From Syntrophales bacterium (GTDB lineage Bacteria > Desulfobacterota > Syntrophia > Syntrophales > UBA2210), in NCBI GenBank assembly GCA_963662405.2, contig CAXXKT010000001.1:512001-576000 (forward strand): a stretch of DNA of 64,000 nucleotides. The letters run 5' to 3'. Shown in pieces: positions 23,201-33,210 of the stretch. The first letter of the stretch is position 1, and each line of letters begins with the position of its first letter. The notes under the pieces were generated by a model. It had not been told where the DNA came from. It was given only the letters and a program-made list of their open reading frames with translations, and did not search any database. Position numbers and translations under genes: made by a program.

Positions 23201-23509
23201 ATGAAGGCAGCACGAACAGCACTCGTTATTTATACCTGCGTCATGTTCACCGTCCTCGCGCAGGGCTCCCCCGCCGCCGAGAGGACCTATGCCCTCACGG
23301 TATCCGGATGCTGGGGGTGATCGGGAAAGGCCAGGATAAGGTCTATCCTGAAGAAGAGCCCGGGCATTATCGATTTTCAGATGGACGCGGAGAATTCCAC
23401 TATTACTGTACGCTTCGAGGACCAGACGGTGGCGATCGGCGAGATCGTTGAGAAGATCTTGGAACGCAAGTTCGAGGTACAGGCGATGACCGAGCTTGCC
23501 ACCGAATAA
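23201..23509 (+). CDS. Exported heavy-metal-associated (HMA)-like selenoprotein with a CxxU motif, 102 aa; absent from the ORF track
   Basis: MKAARTALVIYTCVMFTVLAQGSPAA-ERTYALTVSGCWG(U)SGKARIRSILKKSPGIIDFQMDAENSTITVRFEDQTVAIGEIVEKILERKFEVQAMTELATE. In-frame TGA at 23318-23320 followed by a SECIS-like hairpin; the HMA-like pattern continues past the TGA. Confidence 0.85.
23332..23350 (+). promoter_or_regulatory. Bacterial SECIS-like element
   Basis: CAGGATA-AGGTC-TATCCTG: a 7-bp stem starting 12 nt after the UGA; apical AGGUCU matches the E. coli fdhF SECIS. Confidence 0.8.
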
Positions 23510-23558
23510 GGAAGGTCCTTCGCCCCCCCAACAGCGCCGCGCCTTCTCCCGAACAGGA

Positions 23559-24824
23559 TCAGACTCGACCCTGTTCCTCGCCACCTTCGGCCGCCGATCT
23601 GCCCGCGAGCCACCCGGTGGAGAAGGCCGCCTGAAGATTGTATCCTCCCGTGTCGGCATCCACGTCCATGACCTCACCCGCGAAGAAGAGCCCTTCCATG
23701 CGACGCGACGCCATTGTCCGGGGATCAATTTCATTTGTGTTGATTCCTCCGGCCGTTACGATCGCCTCGGCAATGGGGCGGACCCCCGTTACCTCCAAAC
23801 AAACCCCCTTGAGCCACCCCCGCAGGCGTCCCCGTTCTTCCGCGGTGATCTGGTGCCCTCTCCGATCCGGGGGGATATGTACCTGTTCGGCACACAGGGG
23901 AATCAGCTTCGCGGGGAGGAGCCCCTTGAGGAGGGTCTCGAATTTTCGTTTTCCATGGAGATCAAAATCGCGGAGGAGCCGCCCATCCATGGCACGTTCA
24001 TCGAGGGCGGGTTTCAGATCGATGGAAACGGCTACCTTCTTCCCCTCATCGAGGACATCAGCGATCTCTCCGCTCAGGGTAAGGATCACCGGTCCGGAGA
24101 GGCCGAAGTGCGTGAAGAGCATTTCCCCGAATGCCTCGGCGCGTTTTTTCCCCTCGACAAGCATCGTCACATTCACGTTGCGCAGGCTGAGGCCCTGGAG
24201 ACGCGGTGCCACGTCTCCCTTTGTCTCCAAGGGGACGAGGGCGGGACGGGGCGACGCGACGGCATGTCCCACGGAAACAGCGAGACGATAGCCGTCTCCG
24301 GTCGAACCCGTCGCGGGATATGACATCCCCCCTGTCGCGATAATGACGGCGTCTGCCGGGTACTCTTTCCCCCCGGCATCACGGATACCGCGCACCTGCC
24401 GCCCGTCAGTCAGAAGAGATTCAACGACCACCCCGTTACGCACCGTTACGCCCTGCGCGCGCATCCATTGTGTCAAGGCGTCCACCACGTCGTACGCCCG
24501 GCCGCTCGCCGGGAAGACCCTCCCCCCCCGCTCGACGACGGTGGGGACCCCCAGTCCCTCGAAGAATGCCACGAGGTCATTGTTCGAAAAGCGGTGGAAG
24601 GCCTGCCGGAGAAAGGGCCCGGTAGGACCAAAGTGCGAGACGAACTCGACGGTGGAGGCCACGTTGGTGAGGTTGCACCGCCCCTTTCCCGTAATTGCGA
24701 GCTTACGCCCAGGGCGGGGCATCTTCTCCAGGAGGAGTGTCCGTGCCCCCATGGCGGCGGCCTGTCCGGCGGCCATCATGCCGGCCGGCCCCCCTCCGAC
24801 AACTATGACGCCCCTTATTCCCAT
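23559..24824 (-). CDS. HI0933/YhiN-family NAD(P)/FAD-dependent oxidoreductase
   Basis: GGGPAGMMAA, GKGRCNLTN, GRVFP, ATGG.SYP.TGSTGDG, GGYNLQAAFSTG. Confidence 0.95.
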   Translation of the reverse strand: MGIRGVIVVGGGPAGMMAAGQAAAMGARTLLLEKMPRPGRKLAITGKGRCNLTNVASTVEFVSHFGPTGPFLRQAFHRFSNNDLVAFFEGLGVPTVVERGGRVFPASGRAYDVVDALTQWMRAQGVTVRNGVVVESLLTDGRQVRGIRDAGGKEYPADAVIIATGGMSYPATGSTGDGYRLAVSVGHAVASPRPALVPLETKGDVAPRLQGLSLRNVNVTMLVEGKKRAEAFGEMLFTHFGLSGPVILTLSGEIADVLDEGKKVAVSIDLKPALDERAMDGRLLRDFDLHGKRKFETLLKGLLPAKLIPLCAEQVHIPPDRRGHQITAEERGRLRGWLKGVCLEVTGVRPIAEAIVTAGGINTNEIDPRTMASRRMEGLFFAGEVMDVDADTGGYNLQAAFSTGWLAGRSAAEGGEEQGRV

Positions 24825-25531
24825 TGGACGGGATTCTCTATGAACGCCGGGTCTTCCTTCTCTATGATCTCGATGATGTGTTTGTGGAGACGTCTCTTAT
24901 GCTCCCCGAATATCCACCGGCCCTTGGTAAAGGTCCCTGCAAAGGCGATCGCCTCCGCGAGGAGGGTCTCGGGATTTTCACAGGCCTTGACGATGACATG
25001 GCTCTCCTCCAACTCCTTGCCGGTCGCCTTTTTCCCGGTATAGACCAATTCCTCCAGCTTGTAATAGGGCATGGCCTTTTTGATAATGGCAAGCATCGAG
25101 GGGAAAAAAGGGATGTTGATATCGACCTCGGGAAAGCAAAAGTAGCCCCGGTCGGCTCTCATGAACCGGAAATCACAGGCACAGGCCATAATGGTACCAT
25201 CACCGAAGGCGTGCCCGTTGATCGACGCGACCACGGGCATCGGGAATTGAAGGATGCGGGCGAATATCTTCCCCAGGCCATAGGTAAAGTCCTTGACCGC
25301 ATCCATTTCTCCCCGCTGCATGGCCCCCGCGATCCATTCGACATCGATCCCCAGGGACCAGTTCTTCTCATCACTCGAGGTGATGACCACGGAGGAGACC
25401 CCCTCATCAGCCTCGATCTCGTCGAAAACCGCCAGGATCACCCGGTTGAAGTCGGGATTGTGCCGGTTCTCGCCGGTGTTCATCGTCATAACCGCAACCG
25501 TTCCGTCTTTTTTCCACTCGATAATTGCCAT
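24815..25531 (-). CDS. Enoyl-CoA hydratase/isomerase family protein
   Basis: PVVASINGHAFG.G, CDFRFM, FCFPEVDI; AGGAGG RBS before ATG 25531. Confidence 0.9.
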   Translation of the reverse strand: MAIIEWKKDGTVAVMTMNTGENRHNPDFNRVILAVFDEIEADEGVSSVVITSSDEKNWSLGIDVEWIAGAMQRGEMDAVKDFTYGLGKIFARILQFPMPVVASINGHAFGDGTIMACACDFRFMRADRGYFCFPEVDINIPFFPSMLAIIKKAMPYYKLEELVYTGKKATGKELEESHVIVKACENPETLLAEAIAFAGTFTKGRWIFGEHKRRLHKHIIEIIEKEDPAFIENPVQWE

Positions 25532-25625
25532 GTCCCTGATCTTCCTCCTCGCCTCTGCATAGTGGATTGAGCGGCACCCTTCAGGACCGCAGGTTATCAC
25601 GGTTATCACCAATTCGGGATAACAT

Positions 25626-28319
25626 TCAATGTGCCTCATCCCAGTTCTTCCCGGATGCAATCTGCACCGTGAGGGGAACGTGCAACTCGATCACCCCTTC
25701 CATCTCCCGCCTGACGAGATCCATCACCTCCCGCACCTCAGCCGCGGGGACCTCGAAGACCAGTTCATCGTGCACCTGCATGATCATCCGGGCGGCCAGT
25801 TTCCGCTCTTCGATTTCCTCTGCAATACGCAACATCGCGACCTTGATCAGGTCGGCCGCGGTTCCCTGTATGGGGGTGTTAACGGCCGTTCGTTCGGCGA
25901 ACTGACGCACCGGGGCATTCGCACTGTTGATCTCCGGGAGATATCGGCGGCGATTCAGAAGGGTCGTGACAAATCCCTTTGTGCGCGCCTCTGCCAGCGT
26001 CCGATCGAGGTAGGCGCGGACGCCGGAGAAACGTGAGAAGTAGCCGTCGATATAGGCCTGTGCCCGCTTCTGGCTGATGCCCAATTCCCGGGCGAGGCCG
26101 AAGGCGCTCATCCCGTAGATGACGCCGAAGTTGATCACCTTCGCCTGCCGACGCATCTCTTCACTGACCATCCCCGGGAAGACACCGAATATGTCGGAGG
26201 CCGTTTTCGTGTGAACATCCTCTCCCGATCGGAAGGCCTCGATCAGTAATTCGTCTCCGGAGAGGTGCGCCAGGATACGCAGCTCTATCTGGGAGTAGTC
26301 GGCGGAGACGATCGCGCATCCTGCGGGGGCGATGAAGGCCTGCCGGATCCGTTTCCCTTCGGCCGTTCGGATGGGGATGTTCTGGAGGTTGGGGTTACTA
26401 CTTGAAAGCCTCCCCGTTGCCGTCGCCGTCTGGTTGTACGAGGTATGCACCCGCCCCGTCTCCGGATTGACGAGGAGGGGAAGGGCGTCGACATAGGTCG
26501 ACTTGAGCTTCATCAGGCTCCGGTAGGCGAGGATCTCCGCCGGGAGTTCGTAGGACCGCGCGAGGTTCGTCAGGACATCCACGTCCGTCGAGTACCCTGC
26601 CTTTGTCTTTCTTCCCCGGGGAAGACCAAGCTTTTCGAAGAGTATCACCTGGAGCTGTTTCGGCGAGTTAATGTTGAATTTTTCCCCCGCCAGGTGATAG
26701 ATTTTCTCCTCCGAGATCCCCAGAAGCTGCCCCAGTTGCCCCGACATCTCCGCCAAGAGATCCCCGTCGAGGAGGACCCCTTTCTCCTCCATCGCGGCAA
26801 GGACCCCGACGAGGGGCATCTCCACGTCGTCGAAGAGATTCGTGAGCTCCGCCTCTTCCATCCGTTCGGCAAGCACGGGAGCAAGCCGGAAGATAAAATC
26901 CGCCCGCCGGCAGGCATACGGAATCACATTATCGACAGGAACGTTCTCAAAGGGGATCTCCTTCGCGCCGCTTCCCGTCAGATCCTTCCGCGAAGGGATG
27001 ATGAGACCGTACTGTCCCTGGACCAGATCGGTCAGATCATACCCCCGTCGCGAAGGATCGAGGATATAGGCGGCCACCATGACATCCGCCGCCACGCCCC
27101 GCAGCACGATTCCCCTGCGCCCGAGGGCGAGGGCCGCCGCCTTCATATTGTGCCCATACTTGTTCAGCGTATCATCGGAGAGAAGCCGTCCGATCTCCGC
27201 CAGCGCTCTGTCCGCATCACGCTGCTCCCGTCCCTCCCCTTCCGGGTGGGCCACCAGGGGGATATAGGAGGCCTTTCCCGTTTCCGAGCAGAGGGAAACG
27301 CCCGCGATCCCGGCCCGCGACGGCTCATCGGAGGTCAGCTGCAGGTCAAAGGAAAATCCACCGGCACTGCGCAACTCACCGAGGAGAGCGGCACGTTCCC
27401 GGGCATCAGTGACCAGGCGGTAATCCGCGGCTCCCGTCTCCTCTCTCGATCCGTCCTCCCCCAGGCGTGCAACGAGACCGGGGAATTCGAACCGTCGAAA
27501 GATCTCCTTCAGCGTCTCCACGTCGGGCTCTCTGAACCGGAGGTCTTCCAGATTGAAGGGAACCGATACATCCGTCCTGATCGTGACCAGTTCCTTGCTC
27601 ATTCGCGCCTGTTCGGCGAAGGTCTGCAGTTTTCCGCTCAGGCTTTTCCCGGGAACCGTTCCGGCATTGGCCAGGACCTCCTCGAGAGAGCCGAACTGTT
27701 TTACCAGCTTGAGGGCCGTCTTCTCTCCCACGCCGGGGACCCCGGGGACATTATCCGATGAGTCACCCGCCAGCCCCAGTATATCGATCACCCGGTCCGG
27801 CCCCACGCCGAAACGGCCTTTAACACCCTCGATGTCATAGGAGATATCCTTCATGGTATCAACCATCACGATGTTGTCCGAGACGAGTTGCATCAGGTCC
27901 TTGTCTCCGGAGGCCATGACCACCCGCATCCCCGCCTCGCCAAACCGCTTCGCCAGGGTGCCGATGATATCATCCGCCTCGACCCCACCTTCTTCAATAA
28001 CGGTGATGCGAAAACCGCGGACGACATCCTTGATGGGATCGATCTGGGGACGAAGTTCGTCCGGCATGGCATGGCGGTTTGCCTTGTACGGTTCGTACGC
28101 CTCGTGCCGGAACGTGGGGCCCTTCGCGTCAAAGGCGACGGCGATATAGTCCGGTGCCCAGTCGCGGCACAGCTTCATCAGCATATTGGTAAAACCGTAG
28201 ATTGCGTTGGTGGGAAATCCCCGTGAGGTGGCAAGCCCGCGAATGGCAAAAAAGGCCCGATAGATATAATTTGTGCCGTCTATGAGAAATACGGAGGGTT
28301 GTGTTTTTTGTTCAGCCAT
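25626..28319 (-). CDS. polA: DNA polymerase I
   Basis: 5'-3' exonuclease (LIDG..YIYRAFFA, EADDIIG, GDKD); polymerase motifs DYSQIELR, KVINFGVIYG, QVHDEL. Confidence 0.99.
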   Translation of the reverse strand: MAEQKTQPSVFLIDGTNYIYRAFFAIRGLATSRGFPTNAIYGFTNMLMKLCRDWAPDYIAVAFDAKGPTFRHEAYEPYKANRHAMPDELRPQIDPIKDVVRGFRITVIEEGGVEADDIIGTLAKRFGEAGMRVVMASGDKDLMQLVSDNIVMVDTMKDISYDIEGVKGRFGVGPDRVIDILGLAGDSSDNVPGVPGVGEKTALKLVKQFGSLEEVLANAGTVPGKSLSGKLQTFAEQARMSKELVTIRTDVSVPFNLEDLRFREPDVETLKEIFRRFEFPGLVARLGEDGSREETGAADYRLVTDARERAALLGELRSAGGFSFDLQLTSDEPSRAGIAGVSLCSETGKASYIPLVAHPEGEGREQRDADRALAEIGRLLSDDTLNKYGHNMKAAALALGRRGIVLRGVAADVMVAAYILDPSRRGYDLTDLVQGQYGLIIPSRKDLTGSGAKEIPFENVPVDNVIPYACRRADFIFRLAPVLAERMEEAELTNLFDDVEMPLVGVLAAMEEKGVLLDGDLLAEMSGQLGQLLGISEEKIYHLAGEKFNINSPKQLQVILFEKLGLPRGRKTKAGYSTDVDVLTNLARSYELPAEILAYRSLMKLKSTYVDALPLLVNPETGRVHTSYNQTATATGRLSSSNPNLQNIPIRTAEGKRIRQAFIAPAGCAIVSADYSQIELRILAHLSGDELLIEAFRSGEDVHTKTASDIFGVFPGMVSEEMRRQAKVINFGVIYGMSAFGLARELGISQKRAQAYIDGYFSRFSGVRAYLDRTLAEARTKGFVTTLLNRRRYLPEINSANAPVRQFAERTAVNTPIQGTAADLIKVAMLRIAEEIEERKLAARMIMQVHDELVFEVPAAEVREVMDLVRREMEGVIELHVPLTVQIASGKNWDEAH

Positions 28320-28572
28320 ATCATTCGGGGTTCCGTCATAGAAACTGTCGCGCAGGGCTTCCGGAAGCGTTCGGTCGCCGGGGACTCCCCGACACAGACT
28401 GCCGACAACAACTCGTCTCTTTCATAGCACCAAACGCATTCCGGGGCAAGCTGCCGTTTCCACCACCCCAGGCAGCATCGCGCACGCAACCTGTGAGCAG
28501 GCGATTTTCCCCCGTGGACACGGATGAGGCATGATCTTTCCACGGGGATGCACAGAGGGGGATGGGGGCTCC

Positions 28573-29550
28573 TCAAAGATCCGATTCTTCCCGGGCAAGG
28601 ACCGTTTGAGCGGCGTGAACCGGTCTGAAACCGGTATCGTGCATTCTCCCGCAATCGAAAACAAGATCATGAAAAAGTTTCCCGTAATACGACATAAAAC
28701 GGGTTCTTCCGGACGGGAAAAGGGCACCCGCCGTGACAACGAACGCAGAGGCCAGCCCGCGAGGGACCGTGATGCAGGGTTTTGTACCGCCACGTGTCTG
28801 ACGGCTGATTATATGACGTACTTCGTCAAAACGATAGGGGTGCGCATCACAAACGTGGAATACTTCCGGCCCCCGTGCGTCCCGGTGCGAGGCGAGGAAA
28901 GAAACGAAATCGATGAGATTCGGCAACGCGAGGGCGGAAAACAGCTGGGTTCCCGTTCCATATCGGACAAACAGGTTTCCGACGGGAGACTTGACCCGGT
29001 TGCGAAAGGCACGGATATCGCTCTTGTCATACAGAGGCGGGAGGCGAAGAATCGTCAACCCGCGCAATACATCGTTCCGCGCCAATACAGTCAGTGCGCA
29101 TTCACCGAGGTACTTGCTTTTCGCATATTCCGTCAACGGATTGCACGGATGGTCCTCATTGATCGGTATCGTCCCAGGCGATTCCCCGTACACGGCGGTT
29201 GTGGAGAGGTAGACAAAACGAACGGCGGGATTCGCAGAAACGGCCGCACGAGCGAGTCGCTCAGTCCCTTCTTCATTGATCGTCCGGTACCGGCGTAATC
29301 GGATGGGGACACGAGACCGTTCGCTTACGGCAGCGGCGTGAACGACAATGTCAGCCTTGATATCATGGCAGACAGCTGTGATTTCCGCTCCGTCGTTCAA
29401 ATCCATATGGCGGTAGTCGAGCGATGCATCGCTCTCTGCAACCGGTCTGTTCGCACAGTACGTCCCGGAGACAGCAAACGTCGAGGGCAACCCCGTCAAT
29501 AGCGCCGATCCAACGAAACCGCTCGCACCGGTGACTAAAACACGTTTCAT
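28573..29550 (-). CDS. NAD-dependent epimerase/dehydratase (extended SDR)
   Basis: TGASGFVG, STTAVYG, YAKSK. Confidence 0.9.
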   Translation of the reverse strand: MKRVLVTGASGFVGSALLTGLPSTFAVSGTYCANRPVAESDASLDYRHMDLNDGAEITAVCHDIKADIVVHAAAVSERSRVPIRLRRYRTINEEGTERLARAAVSANPAVRFVYLSTTAVYGESPGTIPINEDHPCNPLTEYAKSKYLGECALTVLARNDVLRGLTILRLPPLYDKSDIRAFRNRVKSPVGNLFVRYGTGTQLFSALALPNLIDFVSFLASHRDARGPEVFHVCDAHPYRFDEVRHIISRQTRGGTKPCITVPRGLASAFVVTAGALFPSGRTRFMSYYGKLFHDLVFDCGRMHDTGFRPVHAAQTVLAREESDL

Positions 29551-30461
29551 CGTTCAGCGCCTCCACCCCGGGGACCGATCGGGACACGGCGCATCATTGC
29601 AAGACCGGCGACCACCAGGAACCTCAGCGCAAGGCCTGCACAGACGAGAGGGGCGGTCATGACGAGGGGCATACGTGCATATTTTTCATAGTAACGGAAA
29701 AAGCTGATGTGGAAGGTCAACAACGATTTCATAATCTTGGTTTCGCTGCTCGCGCCGACACGGTGAACGATTGTCGCCCGAGGATAATAGACGACACGCC
29801 ATCCGCCGTCGCGCATGCGCCGGCACCAGTCGACATCCTCCCAATATACAAAAAATCGCTCATCCACCTTGCCAACGGTGGAAACAGCTGATCGTCGTAC
29901 CAGCATGCAGGCCCCCGAGACCCATTCCACGTCCATGGGCGAAACCCCATCGGAACTCAAGACCGGCATGCTCTTCCTGGCCAAAGGGGATCGCGGGAAA
30001 AACCGGGTTAAGAGCGATGTTCGCCCGAAGAGAAGTGTCGAAAAGGTCGGAAAGGAACGCGCAGACCCCTGGAGTGATCCATCCTCATTGAGCACCTTCG
30101 GTCCGAGGATAGCGATGCGGGGATGTGCCACCATAAAATCGATCATGTTCTCAAAGAACCCGGGGGTAACCACCGTGTCGGGATTCATGACCATGATGAA
30201 ATCGGCCGACCCCCGTGACAGACCATCATTGACCGCCCGGGCAAAACCGGCGTTATATGGGTTTTTCATCAATTCGACCACCGGAAACCGCCGTGAAACG
30301 CGGTCCACATCATCGTGTGATACGTTATCGACGACGATGATGTGCATCTCGTATCCCATACCGTGACGATCAATGGAAGAAAGACATGCCACCAGTTCAT
30401 CGGTGCTGTTGTGGTTGACTATCACGATATCCAAGGGAATCGAATGTGTATTTTTCATCAT
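29547..30461 (-). CDS. GT2 family glycosyltransferase (WbbL/rhamnosyltransferase-like)
   Basis: VVDN.S.D, NAGFARAVN, MNPDT, WVSGACML, DERFFVYWEDVDWC. Confidence 0.92.
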   Translation of the reverse strand: MMKNTHSIPLDIVIVNHNSTDELVACLSSIDRHGMGYEMHIIVVDNVSHDDVDRVSRRFPVVELMKNPYNAGFARAVNDGLSRGSADFIMVMNPDTVVTPGFFENMIDFMVAHPRIAILGPKVLNEDGSLQGSARSFPTFSTLLFGRTSLLTRFFPRSPLARKSMPVLSSDGVSPMDVEWVSGACMLVRRSAVSTVGKVDERFFVYWEDVDWCRRMRDGGWRVVYYPRATIVHRVGASSETKIMKSLLTFHISFFRYYEKYARMPLVMTAPLVCAGLALRFLVVAGLAMMRRVPIGPRGGGAER

Positions 30462-30523
30462 GTCAGAACATCCATATGGTGCCGATAGAGACCTCCTCGT
30501 TTATCATTCGATGGGGTCAATAG

Positions 30524-30699
30524 CAACCGCTCAGCTAAATGTAGCAATGTGAGTCTCTTATGTGCTATCTTCTTCTTGGCAGTCATCTCCTTCCTCCTTT
30601 GGTCTTTTGGTGTTTCTTGGTAAAAACATCCAAGCCAAAGAGAAAACTGACTGCCACTACTGTTACCCCCAACGGCAGGGAGAACGGTTAGTTCTTACA
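30524..30699 (-). mobile_element. Truncated IS481-family element remnant (left end plus first 21 codons of the transposase)
   Basis: Minus strand begins TGTAAGAACTAACC (TGT terminus), then an AGGAGGAAGGAG RBS and MTAKKKIAHKRLTLLHLAERL, which resembles IS481-type transposase N-termini. Similarity stops abruptly. Confidence 0.6.
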
Positions 30700-31050
30700 C
30701 CTAATTGTAAATTTATAAACACAAAAGAATGATCATATCGAAATGGGCACTATTTTACAAACAAATCTCCTATGCTATCATTTGGAGCGGTAATACCTTA
30801 GAGTATCGCAGGGTATTTCCTAAAAAAAGCCATCCCTTTAAATGATCTAATTCGCCCCTGAATCTTCCCTTGTTTTCCATGATATTATAGCATATGGTAG
30901 GTGGAAACGTGTAAGATAGAAGATTTTTGCAAACACGTTGCGAATAATAGATCGATCTTATTCCAAGATATAAGAGAAATCTGATTTGATAAATCTTATC
31001 AATTGATACCGTTCAATACAAAGCAATAATTAGCCCAACCTATCGCTTAA

Positions 31051-32184
31051 ATGCCTAGAATTGTTAACATTCAACTCTTAAGAGCCATCGCTGCTTTAGC
31101 TATAGTCTTTTACCACACTGCGGGTCACTATTATGCAATTGGTGGTCAGACTCATGGAAATTTATTTAGTTTTTTCGGAAAATACGGGTTTGCTGGGGTC
31201 GATGTCTTTTTTGTCATCAGTGGATATATAATCTGGATTACCACGAGGGAAACCAATGGCTTAAAAGATATCGTCGCCTTCATTTATTCAAGATTAACGC
31301 GAATATATCTCGGGTACTGGCCATTTTTCATAATTCTTCTTTTGCTCGCTTATCTCCTAGCACCAGCGATATTGAACAAAGCAAATTTATTTGAATCGTT
31401 TTTTCTCACATACCATTCAACTTCGAAATCATTATTAAAAATAACGTGGACGTTGCAATATGAGCTTTATTTCTACTTTTCTTTTGCATTGTTTCTTCTC
31501 CTGCCGAAGAAATGGTCTCTCAAAATATTATTGCTGTTTGTTTTTATTATTGTCGCCTCTCAAGCTTATGCTATTTTGCACTTAGATATTTACGCTAAAA
31601 AAAATTTCAACTCAGCCTCTTCCTTGTATACATTCTGCCTGTCACCTTTTTTTCTCGAGTTTATAGCTGGTTGCTTTATCGGCATATATTTTGAGCGTCA
31701 TCGCATATCAAGCATACGAGCACTTCTCTCTATATTTGTTGTTCTTGTTTTGATGGTGTACTTCTATCAGGAATTTTACATTGCAGGGTCTCTCGCTCAG
31801 GGATACTATCGCCCGGAACGTATTTTCTTTTATGGTTCGATATCTGCGTTAATGCTCGCCGTTTTACTTGAAATGGAAAAGAGGAGTATTCAAATATTAC
31901 CTAAGTTCTCGTTGCTATTCGGAGGGGCATCATATGCTTTATTCCTCGCTCACCCCATTTTCCTCTTCGCATTTTACCAAACAGGGATAAGAAATAGAAT
32001 CAAGGATTATGGAAACCACCAACTCTTTTTCATAACGATATTAATTATAATCATTATGCTGTATAGTATACTTCATTATAAAATTGTGGAATTGCCTTTA
32101 ACAACACTATCTAAAAAGTTGAAGGCTTTGCTCGAACGCCACGTATCAAATAGACTTATTTCCAGATTCAAGGTGTCCGGTTGA
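31051..32184 (+). CDS. Acyltransferase-3 (OafA/ExoZ-like) membrane O-acyltransferase
   Basis: IQLLRAIAA..IVFYH, GVDVFFVISGYI, R.TRIY, WTLQYE..FY, SY..FL.H, VELP; conspicuously AT-rich DNA. Confidence 0.93.
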   Translation: MPRIVNIQLLRAIAALAIVFYHTAGHYYAIGGQTHGNLFSFFGKYGFAGVDVFFVISGYIIWITTRETNGLKDIVAFIYSRLTRIYLGYWPFFIILLLLAYLLAPAILNKANLFESFFLTYHSTSKSLLKITWTLQYELYFYFSFALFLLLPKKWSLKILLLFVFIIVASQAYAILHLDIYAKKNFNSASSLYTFCLSPFFLEFIAGCFIGIYFERHRISSIRALLSIFVVLVLMVYFYQEFYIAGSLAQGYYRPERIFFYGSISALMLAVLLEMEKRSIQILPKFSLLFGGASYALFLAHPIFLFAFYQTGIRNRIKDYGNHQLFFITILIIIIMLYSILHYKIVELPLTTLSKKLKALLERHVSNRLISRFKVSG

Positions 32185-32224
32185 AACGGGGGCTACTCCA
32201 AACATATTACATATAAAACTACGC

Positions 32225-32253
32225 TTGACAGGCAGGGATTCCCTTCATATATT
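32225..32253 (+). promoter_or_regulatory. Putative sigma70 promoter
   Basis: TTGACA-N17-TATATT upstream of the methyltransferase. Confidence 0.55.
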
Positions 32254-32316
32254 TCCATTCATAGATTCAGAATCTCTTAAGTCAGGTCAACCACTTTAAC
32301 GCACGAAGGGATTCAG

Positions 32317-33078
32317 ATGAATTCAAAAAAAGTTACGCTCCCGGTCCCTGATGTCTCGTTACATCCGGTAGGCAATGCATCTGCCGATACAATTGGTCCC
32401 ATGCAGCTCAACCTATTGGTTCATTTTGGATTGAGACCCGAAGGCCGGATCCTGGATTTGGGGTGCGGCGTGGGACGACTGGCCTACAAGATGGCGGACT
32501 ACCTGACGTCGGGACATTATTACGGACTGGATATCAGCGAGAAGGCAATCACGTGGCTGAATAAAAACTACGCGATCCTCCTGGATAACTTTTACTTCGA
32601 TCTCTTGGATGTCAACAACCGCAGGTACAATCCGAAGGGGGCCCTCAGTGCTACGGAAATCACCCTTCCGTACCAAAATGACTTTTTTGACGTGGTTGGC
32701 GCATTTTCACTCTTCACGCACATGATGCCCCCCGATATCACCAATTATTTTGAAGAGATTCGGCGGGTTCTCAAGCCCGACGGACGGGCGGTCCTCACGT
32801 TCTTTTGTGTCGACGACCTCTGCCCCGATCCACCACAATACGAGACACAACCGTTCCTGCGGATCCCGACGATGGACGATGCATGGGCCTTGAATCTTGA
32901 GATGCCGGAGAGGGGTATCGCCTTTTCACGCGCCCTGATCGATACCATGGTGCAGGACGCCAGATTGAGCACCGTGGAAGTCGTCCCCGGTTTCTGGAAG
33001 ATCCCCAAGACAAAAACCCCTCCCTTCGTGTGGGCACACCAGGATGTTTTCGTGCTCAAGCCGGGGGCGGCATCGTAA
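32317..33078 (+). CDS. Class I SAM-dependent methyltransferase
   Basis: ILDLGCGVGR, YYGLDIS, FSLFTHM, RVLKPDG. Confidence 0.92.
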   Translation: MNSKKVTLPVPDVSLHPVGNASADTIGPMQLNLLVHFGLRPEGRILDLGCGVGRLAYKMADYLTSGHYYGLDISEKAITWLNKNYAILLDNFYFDLLDVNNRRYNPKGALSATEITLPYQNDFFDVVGAFSLFTHMMPPDITNYFEEIRRVLKPDGRAVLTFFCVDDLCPDPPQYETQPFLRIPTMDDAWALNLEMPERGIAFSRALIDTMVQDARLSTVEVVPGFWKIPKTKTPPFVWAHQDVFVLKPGAAS

Positions 33079-33210
33079 CGAACCAGAACCCCCTGTCGCT
33101 TGGGGGGGCGGAGGGGATTGATCACCGTGCGCCACCGATAAGGCCACGCCGTATCCGTTCACGGTGTGACACGGCAGGAGCGGCGCGAAACCGCCGGGCA
33201 GGTCACGGTA

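Noticed and set aside
23318..23320. Genome-wide TGA reassignment (Trp/Gly) as the explanation for the in-frame TGAs
   Set aside because: TGA terminates many conserved genes here (e.g. pgpA, rodA, atpF), and the two read-through cases have SECIS-like hairpins.
23072..23734. ORFs 23072-23734 (-) and 23122-23451 (+)
   Set aside because: They overlap ppiD or the HI0933 gene and are better explained by the Sec-containing ORF at 23201-23509.
28320..28572. Possible structured RNA upstream of polA
   Set aside because: No tRNA, riboswitch or other RNA family could be recognised by eye; an Rfam scan would be needed.
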